DNA from: an uncultured Methanosarcinales archaeon
Lineage (GTDB): Archaea > Nanobdellota > Nanobdellia > Woesearchaeales > JAGVZT01
DNA: 64,000 bases
Reading direction: 5' to 3'
Assembly: GCA_964354685.1 (NCBI GenBank)
Contig: CAYHAM010000006.1
Coordinates: 9,523-73,522 of the forward strand
In this document: positions 18,377-26,724 of the stretch, one piece after another
Layout: each line of letters begins with the position of its first letter
Position numbering within the stretch: position 1 is the stretch's first letter
Program-made: the position numbers and the translations under genes
Notes under the pieces: generated by a model
The model's input: the letters and a program-made list of their open reading frames with translations, nothing else
What the model was told of the DNA's origin: nothing
Databases searched by the model: none

Positions 18377-18932
18377 CTTTCAAAGCCTCTGTTTCTTTAT
18401 GCAATTTTCTAATAGCCCTCCAAATCTTTCTAGCAACAACTGCTAGAATAAATGCTGCTATCAGCAACAAAACAAGCAAAAATCCAATGTAAAAACCTTG
18501 ATTTAATCTTTGAGGCTTTGGCTCCTCTAGCACAAGGATAGCTCTGTCAACATCACCCACAATAAGGTTAACCTCTCTAAAAGAGCCAGGCTTCCAAAAA
18601 ACAGATTCGTTGGTATTCATCTTGATTTCATTCACATAAAATGTTAGCCCCTCATTGTCTTCTGCACCCTCATCATTATCTGTTGAAGGATCATCACCTG
18701 CACAAGACAAGAACCCATATTCTCCCTCCTCTTCTAAAATTTTTTCTCCACACAAAACACCATCACTATCAAAAATTGCTATCTTTGTACCAGCAGACGC
18801 ATACTCTCCATCAACAATTATCCACCCATAAAACTCTGCTGCAACAGGTGGAATTGCAAAGCTGTATCTAACCAATGCTACTATCAAAAGCAAAACAATC
18901 ACAACTCCAACAAGCAATTTATTAGATTTCAT
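18363..18932 (-). CDS. Membrane protein (189 aa) with the same P..AEFYG...CG...YG.LSC.GDD domain as 16514-18376, plus a C-terminal TM helix
   Basis: IPPVAAEFYG...LCGE...GEYGFLSCAGDD aligns with IPPPAAEFYG...LCGM...GYYGLLSCDGDD. Confidence 0.85.
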   Translation of the reverse strand: MKSNKLLVGVVIVLLLIVALVRYSFAIPPVAAEFYGWIIVDGEYASAGTKIAIFDSDGVLCGEKILEEEGEYGFLSCAGDDPSTDNDEGAEDNEGLTFYVNEIKMNTNESVFWKPGSFREVNLIVGDVDRAILVLEEPKPQRLNQGFYIGFLLVLLLIAAFILAVVARKIWRAIRKLHKETEALKVDDL

Positions 18933-19633
18933 TATTCATCCACCATCCAAGTGTCATTCGCATTCATCTTTACCCAATAACCATACATTGGAGTTGTATT
19001 TACCAGATCATTTTGAGAGGGAGCAACACTAGGAGAATAAACCTTCCAATGATCAGCACTATCACTTGCATTGTACATATGCACAGAATCAAGGTTTGGA
19101 AGAACATCCACAAATGTCTCATTAACCAACCTTGTTTTGTTGCTTGGGTAACCAACAAGGTTCCAATCTTCAAATAAAAATATAATCCTTGGAAACTTTA
19201 ATGTTCCATTAAATACAAAACTATCATCATTTTCCATATTTATCCAATAACCCTCTTCAACAGAGATTGTACTTAAATCTTGGATAACCCATGATGGCAA
19301 ATCAGGCTTGTAAGCCTTCCATTTGTCAGAGGGATCATACCTATCATAAGTGTGTATTGAAACATAATTGTTATCCAAAGAGGACAAAACATTTGAAACA
19401 GACATATTGTTTGCCTCACAATAAACTGATATCAAATTCCATCCACTAACAAGATACAAAGAACAAGTTGAATTATAAAAATCACCAATAAACACTGTTG
19501 ATGCTGCCTTTCCTGTTAATCCAGGAAATTCTTTTAGATACAGTAATCTCAAAGCAAAAGGAGTTGCAATCAAAATAGCAACCAAGAAGATTATCACAAC
19601 CAGCCTTGATGAGCTATCACCTTTTATTTTCAC
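18932..19633 (-). CDS. Secreted protein (233 aa) with two GWNL(I/V)-type repeats
   Basis: SGWNLIS...EEGYWINM and EDWNLVG...MYGYWVKM; N-terminal TM helix; GTG start. Confidence 0.85.
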   Translation of the reverse strand: MKIKGDSSSRLVVIIFLVAILIATPFALRLLYLKEFPGLTGKAASTVFIGDFYNSTCSLYLVSGWNLISVYCEANNMSVSNVLSSLDNNYVSIHTYDRYDPSDKWKAYKPDLPSWVIQDLSTISVEEGYWINMENDDSFVFNGTLKFPRIIFLFEDWNLVGYPSNKTRLVNETFVDVLPNLDSVHMYNASDSADHWKVYSPSVAPSQNDLVNTTPMYGYWVKMNANDTWMVDE

Positions 19634-19684
19634 ACATATCTACCCCTTTCACTTTTCAAATTATAAATTACCTTTATCATTTTT

Positions 19685-19701
19685 CAATATAAATCTTTCG
19701 T
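19685..19701 (-). promoter_or_regulatory. BRE+TATA promoter for the 233/189/620-aa genes
   Basis: Minus strand ACGAAAGATTTATATTG, about 50 bp upstream of the start. Confidence 0.65.
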
Positions 19702-19790
19702 ACTTTTGACCATTTTGTATTGCCACTTAAAAATTACTACAAAGATATATAAATAAAAGCAAGGTTGTTGGTATCATCAAAAAGGGGTGG

Positions 19791-20489
19791 ATGGCTTTGG
19801 CTTTTTTGAGTATTGGCAAAAAGAAAACAGAGGAATCAGGTTCTGAAAAAGAACAACAACCAAAAAATTCTCCTAAACAGGAGATTCCAGATGAGTTGCC
19901 AACACTAAGCCAGGATGTTCTAAACGAAGCTATACCTGATAAGGCTACTTCTAACCCAAACCAAGAAGACATCCCAGATGAATTGCCATCCTTGGATTTA
20001 GAGGTTGAGAAGGCTCCTGAAAAACCCAAGCAAGAGAAAGAGGCTTTGGAAAAGCCTGCTCTAGAACCACTGGTAGTAAAACAAAGCCTAAAAGCTGAAG
20101 CAAAACCCTCTGGGCCCTCAAAACCCTTATCAGCACAAAGCTATTTTTACAAAATCGCAGACAAACTAAAGCAGAAACAGCCATCTGAAGATATACTAAA
20201 AGGTATGAAAAACTACTGGGACAACCAAAAGTTTGAAGAAGAAGAGCTAAAAACACAAACTCAAAAAGAGCTTGATGCAAGCTTGAGAGAAAAAATAATA
20301 GATCTCCAAGAGCTTGAGGCAAAATGGGTAGAACAAAGAAGAGAGCTTGAACATGCAAAGAACATGATCACATCTATAGAAGCAGACATTTCAATAAATT
20401 CAGAAGAACTCAGAACAATCCTGGACAAACTAGAAAAAGTAGAATCAATCTACAACAAAATAAAAAATCAACCCAAAGAGCAAAATTAA
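19791..20489 (+). CDS. Cytoplasmic acidic/Pro-rich protein with C-terminal coiled coil (232 aa)
   Basis: ORF track. IPDELP(T/S)L occurs twice; heptad-rich C-terminus; TATATAAATA and GGGGTGG upstream. Confidence 0.8.
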   Translation: MALAFLSIGKKKTEESGSEKEQQPKNSPKQEIPDELPTLSQDVLNEAIPDKATSNPNQEDIPDELPSLDLEVEKAPEKPKQEKEALEKPALEPLVVKQSLKAEAKPSGPSKPLSAQSYFYKIADKLKQKQPSEDILKGMKNYWDNQKFEEEELKTQTQKELDASLREKIIDLQELEAKWVEQRRELEHAKNMITSIEADISINSEELRTILDKLEKVESIYNKIKNQPKEQN

Positions 20490-20824
20490 TACAACCTACC
20501 CCCAACACCAACTTCTTTCTCAGGAATAATCAAGATACATTCTTTGCCTTTATCAGGAACTCCTAATACAAGAACTTCAGACATAAATGACCAGATCCTT
20601 TTAGGAGGGAAATTCACAACAGCTAGGATCAATTTTCCCTTTAATTCTTTCTTTGTATAGTTGCTACACAATTGAGCACTTGATTGCTTTATCCCAACCT
20701 CTTCTCCAAAATCAATCTTTAATTTGTATGATGGTTTTTTTGCTTCAGGAAAATCCTCTAATTCAACAACTCTTCCAACTCTAATGTCCAATTTTAGAAA
20801 ATCATCAAATGTAACCTGTTTCAT
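20486..20824 (-). CDS. csaA: CsaA/Trbp111-family OB-fold tRNA-binding and export chaperone
   Basis: FDDFLKLDIRVG...FPEAKKPSYKL.IDFG...KQSSAQL...VVNFPPK.I..FMSEVLVLG is the CsaA signature. Confidence 0.92.
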   Translation of the reverse strand: MKQVTFDDFLKLDIRVGRVVELEDFPEAKKPSYKLKIDFGEEVGIKQSSAQLCSNYTKKELKGKLILAVVNFPPKRIWSFMSEVLVLGVPDKGKECILIIPEKEVGVGGRLY

Positions 20825-20839
20825 ATTCTTTATACCAAT

Positions 20840-22579
20840 TCACTTCAACTCAGCACCACACTTCTCACAATACCTTCTCTTAGCAGGGTTCTTGTGCTTA
20901 CAAGCTGGACACTTCTTCTTCCTTCTCTTGATTAGCAGGAATATTATTATTAGTATTATAAACAACACAATTATAACTGGCGCTAGTGTATAAATCAAAT
21001 ACTCAATACCTCTATACCCCACAACAAACCTTCCCCTCTTTACCTTTACCAAGTTTTGTTCCCTTTCCCCATAATATGCAACCACCAAAACCTCTTCATT
21101 ATCCTCATAATCCTCTTCCTCAAGATCAACCTTTACTCTTATCTTCTTCTTCTCTCCCTTTTTTATAAACACAACCTTGTCAGAGCCAAAACTAAACCTC
21201 TCTCCTGCAATAACAATATCAACAAGCTCCAAATCAACATAAGTATCAACCTCTCCAATGTTCTTGATCTCTATGATAAACTCTTTTCTAACCTTATCAT
21301 ACACAACACTAACAATCTCTATCTCTGAGTTATCCATCACTTCTGTTAAGTTCACAATCATGGATATATCAATAATATATTCCAATGAGCGCTTTGACTC
21401 CCCATAAATAACATAAATATCAGCAGTTATATCCCCAAACATTGGCTCAACATCATAAACCAGTGTTCTATATTCAAGCCCATCCATAAATACAGGCTCA
21501 ACCTCTCCAACAGTTTGTATTTCTCCATCACCCCATGAGAGCCTGTACGTGCCTAAGAAATATGTTGCTAAATCAACATTGTTCCTAAATGTTACCTCAA
21601 GCTGGTTTGTTAGCTGATTGTAGAAAACACTAACAATCTCAAGGTTTAGTCTATAAGTAGGCAAGTAAAACAAGTCAAGTCCTTCAACAGGGCTTATTGC
21701 ATCCCCAGGAACCCTTGCACTCCTAGCAAACTTCACAAAAACACTGATCCCAGCCTGCCTTTTTATTGTTGTTGCTGTACCAACATACTGGTTGCCTATT
21801 AGCACACCAACCTCAATCCCAGCCTCTTTTATATACTCCCTAACCTGGTCAGGAACATTTGCACTACCAATGAAAATTACTGGCTCAGCCCCAGACATTA
21901 CCTCTGTCTCAATAAACTCACCATTTGTCAAAATAACCTGCTTTGTTGGTTTTAGTTCCATATATTTCTTCACAATCTCAATGTTGTTGTCAAACCTGTC
22001 TCCATCCTTGTTGATTATTTCAGGATTATAAATACTAAGGGCATCCTTCACCTCTCTGTTAACATATCCAAATAAGATCACTTTGTCAGGGTCTCTTGCT
22101 GCCAAAAAAGTAGCCACCTCTCCTATGTTGTTTCTATCAGCAAAAAGAACATAGCTCTTTGAAACCTGTGCATAAGGAGCAACAGAAATCGCATTGTACC
22201 CATAAGAATCATCAATCACAATAAAGTTCTTTATATCAGGAAGCCTTCTTGCAAGCTCAAGATTCACATTATCAAAAGTTAGCTCCTCTGCATCATAACC
22301 CCTTCCAGTAAGAACATTCTCATAACCAGTTACAAAAGGATACCTTGATGACGTTATCACCTGAAGAGATGCTCCTGCAGATAAGCCCTCTGTTAATATT
22401 GTTGAATGTCTTTGGCTAACCAAGAAATTGCTCGGGAGTCCTTGGAGGTTTGCATACTGAATAACTGAATACACATCCCTCCAATCCTCTGAGTTAGAAA
22501 TAATTTGATCTATTGCTGAAACAAAGAAGCTGTTCAATATCAGCAACAAAAAAGTAAACACCACTACCCTTTTTTTCAT
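20840..22579 (-). CDS. Membrane protein (579 aa) with cell-wall-binding-2 (CWB2)-like repeats, Ig-like domains, C-terminal TM helix and zinc ribbon
   Basis: YNAISVAPYA...YVLF, KVILFG and GDRFDNNIEIVKKY resemble CWB2 repeats. TM helix is followed by CPACKHKNPAKRRYCEKCG. Confidence 0.75.
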   Translation of the reverse strand: MKKRVVVFTFLLLILNSFFVSAIDQIISNSEDWRDVYSVIQYANLQGLPSNFLVSQRHSTILTEGLSAGASLQVITSSRYPFVTGYENVLTGRGYDAEELTFDNVNLELARRLPDIKNFIVIDDSYGYNAISVAPYAQVSKSYVLFADRNNIGEVATFLAARDPDKVILFGYVNREVKDALSIYNPEIINKDGDRFDNNIEIVKKYMELKPTKQVILTNGEFIETEVMSGAEPVIFIGSANVPDQVREYIKEAGIEVGVLIGNQYVGTATTIKRQAGISVFVKFARSARVPGDAISPVEGLDLFYLPTYRLNLEIVSVFYNQLTNQLEVTFRNNVDLATYFLGTYRLSWGDGEIQTVGEVEPVFMDGLEYRTLVYDVEPMFGDITADIYVIYGESKRSLEYIIDISMIVNLTEVMDNSEIEIVSVVYDKVRKEFIIEIKNIGEVDTYVDLELVDIVIAGERFSFGSDKVVFIKKGEKKKIRVKVDLEEEDYEDNEEVLVVAYYGEREQNLVKVKRGRFVVGYRGIEYLIYTLAPVIIVLFIILIIIFLLIKRRKKKCPACKHKNPAKRRYCEKCGAELK

Positions 22580-22620
22580 TTAAAAAACAACCCCCTCTAA
22601 CCATTGAAATATATCTGATT

Positions 22621-22638
22621 TATATATAAATCTATCGA
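22621..22638 (-). promoter_or_regulatory. BRE+TATA promoter for the CWB2-like/csaA unit
   Basis: Minus strand TCGATAGATTTATATATA, about 40 bp upstream of ATG 22579. Confidence 0.65.
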
Positions 22639-22669
22639 AAATCTTTTATTTTCGGAGATTTATATGCTT

Positions 22670-22872
22670 AGAAATTCCAAAAGAATTTCTGGCACACTAA
22701 AAAATCCTATGGATTTTTGGTGTCCCAGAAATCTGCAAAGCAGATTTCTAAGGATGTTCAAGAACCAATGGTTCTTGACACTCAGAAATTCAAAGAATTT
22801 CTTTTGTATAAATCTTTTGAAAACCTCTGGTTTTCAAGAGATTTACCTTCAGAAAATGCTTTGCATTTCTGA
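22670..22872. repeat. Intergenic array of seven back-to-back short inverted repeats (hairpins)
   Basis: AGAAATTC-CAAAA-GAATTTCT; AAAAATCC-TAT-GGATTTTT; AGAAATCTGC-AAA-GCAGATTTCT; TCAAGAACC-AAT-GGTTCTTGA; AGAAATTC-AAA-GAATTTCT; TAAATCTTTTGAAAACC-TCT-GGTTTTCAAGAGATTTA; TCAGAAAATGC-TTT-GCATTTCTGA. Confidence 0.92.
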
Positions 22873-22903
22873 CATATAGAAAAAGCACTGGTTTATACCT
22901 AGT

Positions 22904-23245
22904 TTATTCTACCTTTGGATCAAAGCTTGTAACCTCATTTTTTTTGCCATCTACCACAACCCTCGTCTTTGCCTGTTTTGTCTCATTATCAACTGTTGAA
23001 TAAACCATAACAATGAAATTCCAATCATCACCATACTTATAACTTTCAACAACATCCATGTTGTATTGTGGAATGCCGACTGTTCTGTTTTCCTCTGTTG
23101 TATAAAACTTTACCCTCTCTTGCAAAAAGAGCAGAGCTGTTTGCTCTGCCTCATCTTCAGATATGCTCTGACATCCGCAAACAAGTATAGAAAATAACAG
23201 GATAAAACTCAAAAACACGGTATATAAAAAGGTTCTTGTTTCCAT
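22904..23245 (-). CDS. Small secreted/lipoprotein-like protein (113 aa), possibly PepSY-like
   Basis: Hydrophobic leader ending VCGC; ISEDEAEQTAL helix and VVVDG..NEV hairpin. Confidence 0.75.
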   Translation of the reverse strand: METRTFLYTVFLSFILLFSILVCGCQSISEDEAEQTALLFLQERVKFYTTEENRTVGIPQYNMDVVESYKYGDDWNFIVMVYSTVDNETKQAKTRVVVDGKKNEVTSFDPKVE

Positions 23246-23269
23246 TCTCCATTATCGAAAGTTTTAGAC

Positions 23270-24034
23270 TTAAGACAATTCAACATAAAAATAATAATCT
23301 GTATGTGTTGTAGCAGGGCTACCATTCTCTGCTATTAACATCTGGAAATCATAGGTTGAATTTGCAGCATCATTTTTATAGCCATCAACATTATTCTCTA
23401 TCTTAGTTGCATATACTAAATTAGCACTTCCATCATAGAGCAAAACCTCCTCAAACCATTCTGTGGAGCTTTGGGTACTATCATTAATCCAGGTTTGTAT
23501 TGAATAGTTACAGGTATCCTGTATTATCTGAGTAGGCCCAGAATAAAATCCCCAATGGTCATTTGCATCATCATCAAAAGTATCATTTATTGCATCTCCT
23601 GGTGTGTTAGTTAAATTGTGGTGCATCTCTGTCATTTCATCAGAAACATGAGTTGAGTTTGCGCACCTCACGCCGCTCCAATTAATCATGCTTGAAGTTC
23701 TAGTAGCATAAACCTCTCCAGCAATTGTTGATATGTTCCATTCATATATTGAATAGTTGCTTGCATCCTCCAAAACATATGAACCAGTAACATTTCCAAC
23801 ATAGGCCTTCCAATGGGAATCTGCTTGCCTAGCATTGAGGATCAATGTTGCAATCACCCCACCAGTTATGCTAATATTATTCTCTAAAGTTGGGTTACCA
23901 GACGCAACTGATGTCTCGTTTCTAACATAAGTGATTACTGGTCCTGAGGGTACTGCTGCCCACACAACTCCAATTAAAATCACGCTAATAATTATGCAGG
24001 TAAAAATTAAAAATGATATATCTCTTACTCTCAT
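23270..24034 (-). CDS. Secreted ~250-aa subunit-like protein, subtype A (A1)
   Basis: Signal peptide, AVPSGP, WKAYVGNVTG, LEDASNYSIYEW, YDFQMLIAENG, terminal YYFYVELS. Confidence 0.92.
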   Translation of the reverse strand: MRVRDISFLIFTCIIISVILIGVVWAAVPSGPVITYVRNETSVASGNPTLENNISITGGVIATLILNARQADSHWKAYVGNVTGSYVLEDASNYSIYEWNISTIAGEVYATRTSSMINWSGVRCANSTHVSDEMTEMHHNLTNTPGDAINDTFDDDANDHWGFYSGPTQIIQDTCNYSIQTWINDSTQSSTEWFEEVLLYDGSANLVYATKIENNVDGYKNDAANSTYDFQMLIAENGSPATTHTDYYFYVELS

Positions 24035-24077
24035 TTTCTCACCTTCTCTCTTTTAATCAAGATTTTGAGATTGTTAA

Positions 24078-24830
24078 TCATGATATTTCAACATAAAAGT
24101 AATAGTTTGTTGCTGTTGAATCACCTTGGTGTCCGTCCTCTGCCACGAGCATTTGGAAATCATAATTCTCATTACCACTCTTGAACCCATCAGCACCGCC
24201 TTGCACAATCAATGCCACATAAATCAAAGAGCTATCACTCATGCTGTAAAGCAGTGTCTCATTAAAGTTCCTACTGGCATCTGGGGCATCATCCACATAC
24301 GTGCTTACAGTGAAATCACACTGATCTGCTAAGAAACCAGTGCTGCTCACATTAAATGCAGGATGTGTTGTCTCACCAAATGTCTCATTTATTCCATCCA
24401 CATCTTGGCCTATTCCTAAATTGAAGTCCAATGCACTCTCCTCACTTTCAACATGTGTTATGTTTGCACATATTACATTACCACTTGTCCAATTTATGCT
24501 ATTATTACGAGATGCATACACCTCGCCCTCAGGATCTGCAAGATCCCAGGTGTACATTGAATTGTTCAAAGCATCATCCAAAACAATTGTTCCACTAATA
24601 TTACCATAGTAACCTTGCCATCCTTGGGTTATTGTTGTTGTGTTTATACTCAGCTCTGAAACATTGCCAGCCTGGGCTTGTACACTTCTAGCAGCACCTG
24701 TTATTCTTCTTGAGGTGTTTAAAGTTGCCAAGCCCTCTGGTCCTGCTGGGTCATCTGCCAGTACACTTATAGCTAGCCAAGTTATCACTACCAAAAGCAA
24801 AACAACCCAAATCAGGTTCTTCGATCTCAT
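24078..24830 (-). CDS. Secreted ~250-aa subunit-like protein, subtype B (B1)
   Basis: The ORF track starts at TTG 24911; ATG 24830 (MRSKNLIWVVLL) gives a normal signal peptide. AGNVSEL, GWQGYYGNISG, EDGHQGD, terminal YYFYVEIS. Confidence 0.92.
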   Translation of the reverse strand: MRSKNLIWVVLLLVVITWLAISVLADDPAGPEGLATLNTSRRITGAARSVQAQAGNVSELSINTTTITQGWQGYYGNISGTIVLDDALNNSMYTWDLADPEGEVYASRNNSINWTSGNVICANITHVESEESALDFNLGIGQDVDGINETFGETTHPAFNVSSTGFLADQCDFTVSTYVDDAPDASRNFNETLLYSMSDSSLIYVALIVQGGADGFKSGNENYDFQMLVAEDGHQGDSTATNYYFYVEIS

Positions 24831-24907
24831 AATCTTGCTTCTCTCTCTTACAAACCTCCTTGCTCTAGGCTTTGGAGGCTTGAGTATAAAAAACAAAAAA
24901 TCAAGCC

Positions 24908-25669
24908 TCAACCTAGCTCAACATAAAAGTAATAGTTTGTTGTTGTTGTATCACCTTGGTGTCCGTCCTCTGCTACAATCATCTGGAAGTCATAGTTGTC
25001 TGTACCACTCTTGAACCCATCAGCACCACCTTGGTTGATTATTGCTGCATAAATCAAATCCGCATTACTACTGCTGTACAACAAAGTCTCGTTGAAGTCT
25101 CTTGTTCCATATGCGTCATTCACATACGTACTCACAGTGAAATTACATGTGTTAGCTGTAAAGCCAGTGCTACTCACATTAAACTCCGGATGACTATTCG
25201 TCTCATTGAACGTTTCATTAATTCCATCTACGTCTTGGCCTGTTCCTAAATTAAAGTTCAATGCTGTCTCTTCAGTTTCAATGTGTGTTATGTTTGCGCA
25301 GACTATGTTACCACTTGTCCAATTTACAGCGCTACTCTCCCTAGTTGCAAAAACCTCTCCATAAGGGTCTGCCCAGGTCCATGTATACATTGAGTTGTTC
25401 AATGCGTCATCTAGTACAATAGTTCCAGTAACATTACCGTAATAACCCTGCCATCCTTTTGTTACTGTTGTATGATTCATTGTCAACTCTGACACATTAC
25501 CAGCTTGAGCAGGTCTGCTCTGAGCTGTTGTACTAATTGTTCTCCTTGTTGAATTCAATGTTGCTATATCCTGTGGTCCAGTAGGATCGTCTGCAAGAAC
25601 AATGCCTGCTGTCAACAAAACAAACAGTGTCAACAATAGAACACCATAAATCCCCTCTCTCTTCATCAA
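24908..25669 (-). CDS. Secreted ~250-aa subunit-like protein, subtype B (B2)
   Basis: AGGAGGTGA ribosome-binding site; AGNVSEL, GWQGYYGNVTG, EDGHQGD, terminal YYFYVELG. Confidence 0.93.
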   Translation of the reverse strand: MMKREGIYGVLLLTLFVLLTAGIVLADDPTGPQDIATLNSTRRTISTTAQSRPAQAGNVSELTMNHTTVTKGWQGYYGNVTGTIVLDDALNNSMYTWTWADPYGEVFATRESSAVNWTSGNIVCANITHIETEETALNFNLGTGQDVDGINETFNETNSHPEFNVSSTGFTANTCNFTVSTYVNDAYGTRDFNETLLYSSSNADLIYAAIINQGGADGFKSGTDNYDFQMIVAEDGHQGDTTTTNYYFYVELG

Positions 25670-25774
25670 TTTTCACCTCCTTTCATCTTTTTATTAATAT
25701 TCAACTCCTTTAATTGGTTGAACATGATCCACTTTATGTATTCCCTATACATGTACGATTCATATTCCATCTTA

Positions 25775-26377
25775 TTAATCACCTCTCCTTTGTTTTAACA
25801 ATAATTTTTCAGGATCATAAAGAACATTAAGCATTTCAACTTCTGATAATTTTGGAATATCATCTTCTGTTTTTACTATAAGCTTCAACTTCTTAAGAGA
25901 AAGACCCTCTTTCTTCACTTTAGAAGCAGAATCAAGCACACCCTTTTTTGTAAAAACAAAAAGACTGGAACCATCAGTTACAATAGCCTTTATTTGCTTG
26001 ATTTCTGGCTTTATCTTCAGATAAAACCTTCCAATCTCCTCATGCAAAGTTTTATCTTCAACAAACCACGTACGAAGAACAAACTTGTGATAATCGCTCA
26101 AACTCAACAACTTTTTGTCTGCAAAACCATCAGTGGTTGCTATTAGGTAACCGAAATCATCGCTTAATGAAAATATGACCCTAGGCTTTCCTCTTTCTCT
26201 TTGAGGTATCCTCTTTTTTTTAACAATCCCAGCAGCTTCTAGCAATCTAAGCTGCTGGCTTATGTTGGCTATGGAGGTGTTTAGTTTTTCTGCAAGCTGT
26301 AAAGGGCTCTGACTTTGCCTAGAAATCTCCTCTAGTATCATCCATTTTGAGGATGTGAACAATCCTTCAAGTTCCAT
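25775..26377 (-). CDS. ArsR-like winged-helix regulator with a degenerate nucleotidyltransferase-like C-terminal domain (200 aa)
   Basis: SPLQLAEKLNTSIANISQQLRLLEAAGIV...RGKPR. The C-terminus (IKAIVTDGSSLFVF...VLYDP) has no intact GS..DxD motif. Confidence 0.8.
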   Translation of the reverse strand: MELEGLFTSSKWMILEEISRQSQSPLQLAEKLNTSIANISQQLRLLEAAGIVKKKRIPQRERGKPRVIFSLSDDFGYLIATTDGFADKKLLSLSDYHKFVLRTWFVEDKTLHEEIGRFYLKIKPEIKQIKAIVTDGSSLFVFTKKGVLDSASKVKKEGLSLKKLKLIVKTEDDIPKLSEVEMLNVLYDPEKLLLKQRRGD

Positions 26378-26441
26378 TACGCTTCCTCTTACGCTTACAA
26401 TTACACTTACGCTTACACTTACACTTACACTTACACTTATA
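26376..26441. repeat. Hexamer tandem repeat (CTTACR)n, 11 units (four imperfect), abutting the regulator's ATG
   Basis: ATTACG CTTCCT CTTACG CTTACA ATTACA CTTACG CTTACA CTTACA CTTACA CTTACA CTTATA. Confidence 0.95.
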
Positions 26442-26542
26442 CCAGTATTATTTTATCTCTACTTTCCCTCTCTGTACCTTATTTATACTAAACAAACCAT
26501 TAGTATACAAAATAATACCCTTCTTTACAAAAAATACAACTT

Positions 26543-26559
26543 GTATTTAAATCTTTCGT
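26543..26559 (-). promoter_or_regulatory. BRE+TATA promoter for the ArsR-B-B-A unit
   Basis: Minus strand ACGAAAGATTTAAATAC, nearly identical to the promoter at 19685-19701. Confidence 0.6.
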
Positions 26560-26724
26560 TTCCTTAATTTATTTCAGAAGTAGATTAATCTGGAATAGTA
26601 AATAAATAAAAATAGTTAATTAATTACTGAATTTGACGTTTATGGTGGCTTTAAGAACAAAATTCACATAATATAAATTCTAATTAACTATTTAATTAAT
26701 TAATATAATAAATTTATAATAAAA

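Noticed and set aside
22664-22879. 71-aa plus-strand ORF, and whether the hairpin array is a CRISPR
   Set aside because: The ORF coincides with the hairpins and has no protein-like features. There are no identical repeats with regular spacers and no cas genes.
24831-24911. Extended N-termini in the ORF track (also 27451-27501 and 11626-11640)
   Set aside because: Downstream ATGs give normal signal peptides, and at 27450 and 11625 they sit at the upstream gene's stop; the extensions overlap neighbouring genes.
26355-26567. 70-aa ORF with (TL)n run
   Set aside because: It is a translation artefact of the CTTACR microsatellite, antisense to the regulator's leader.
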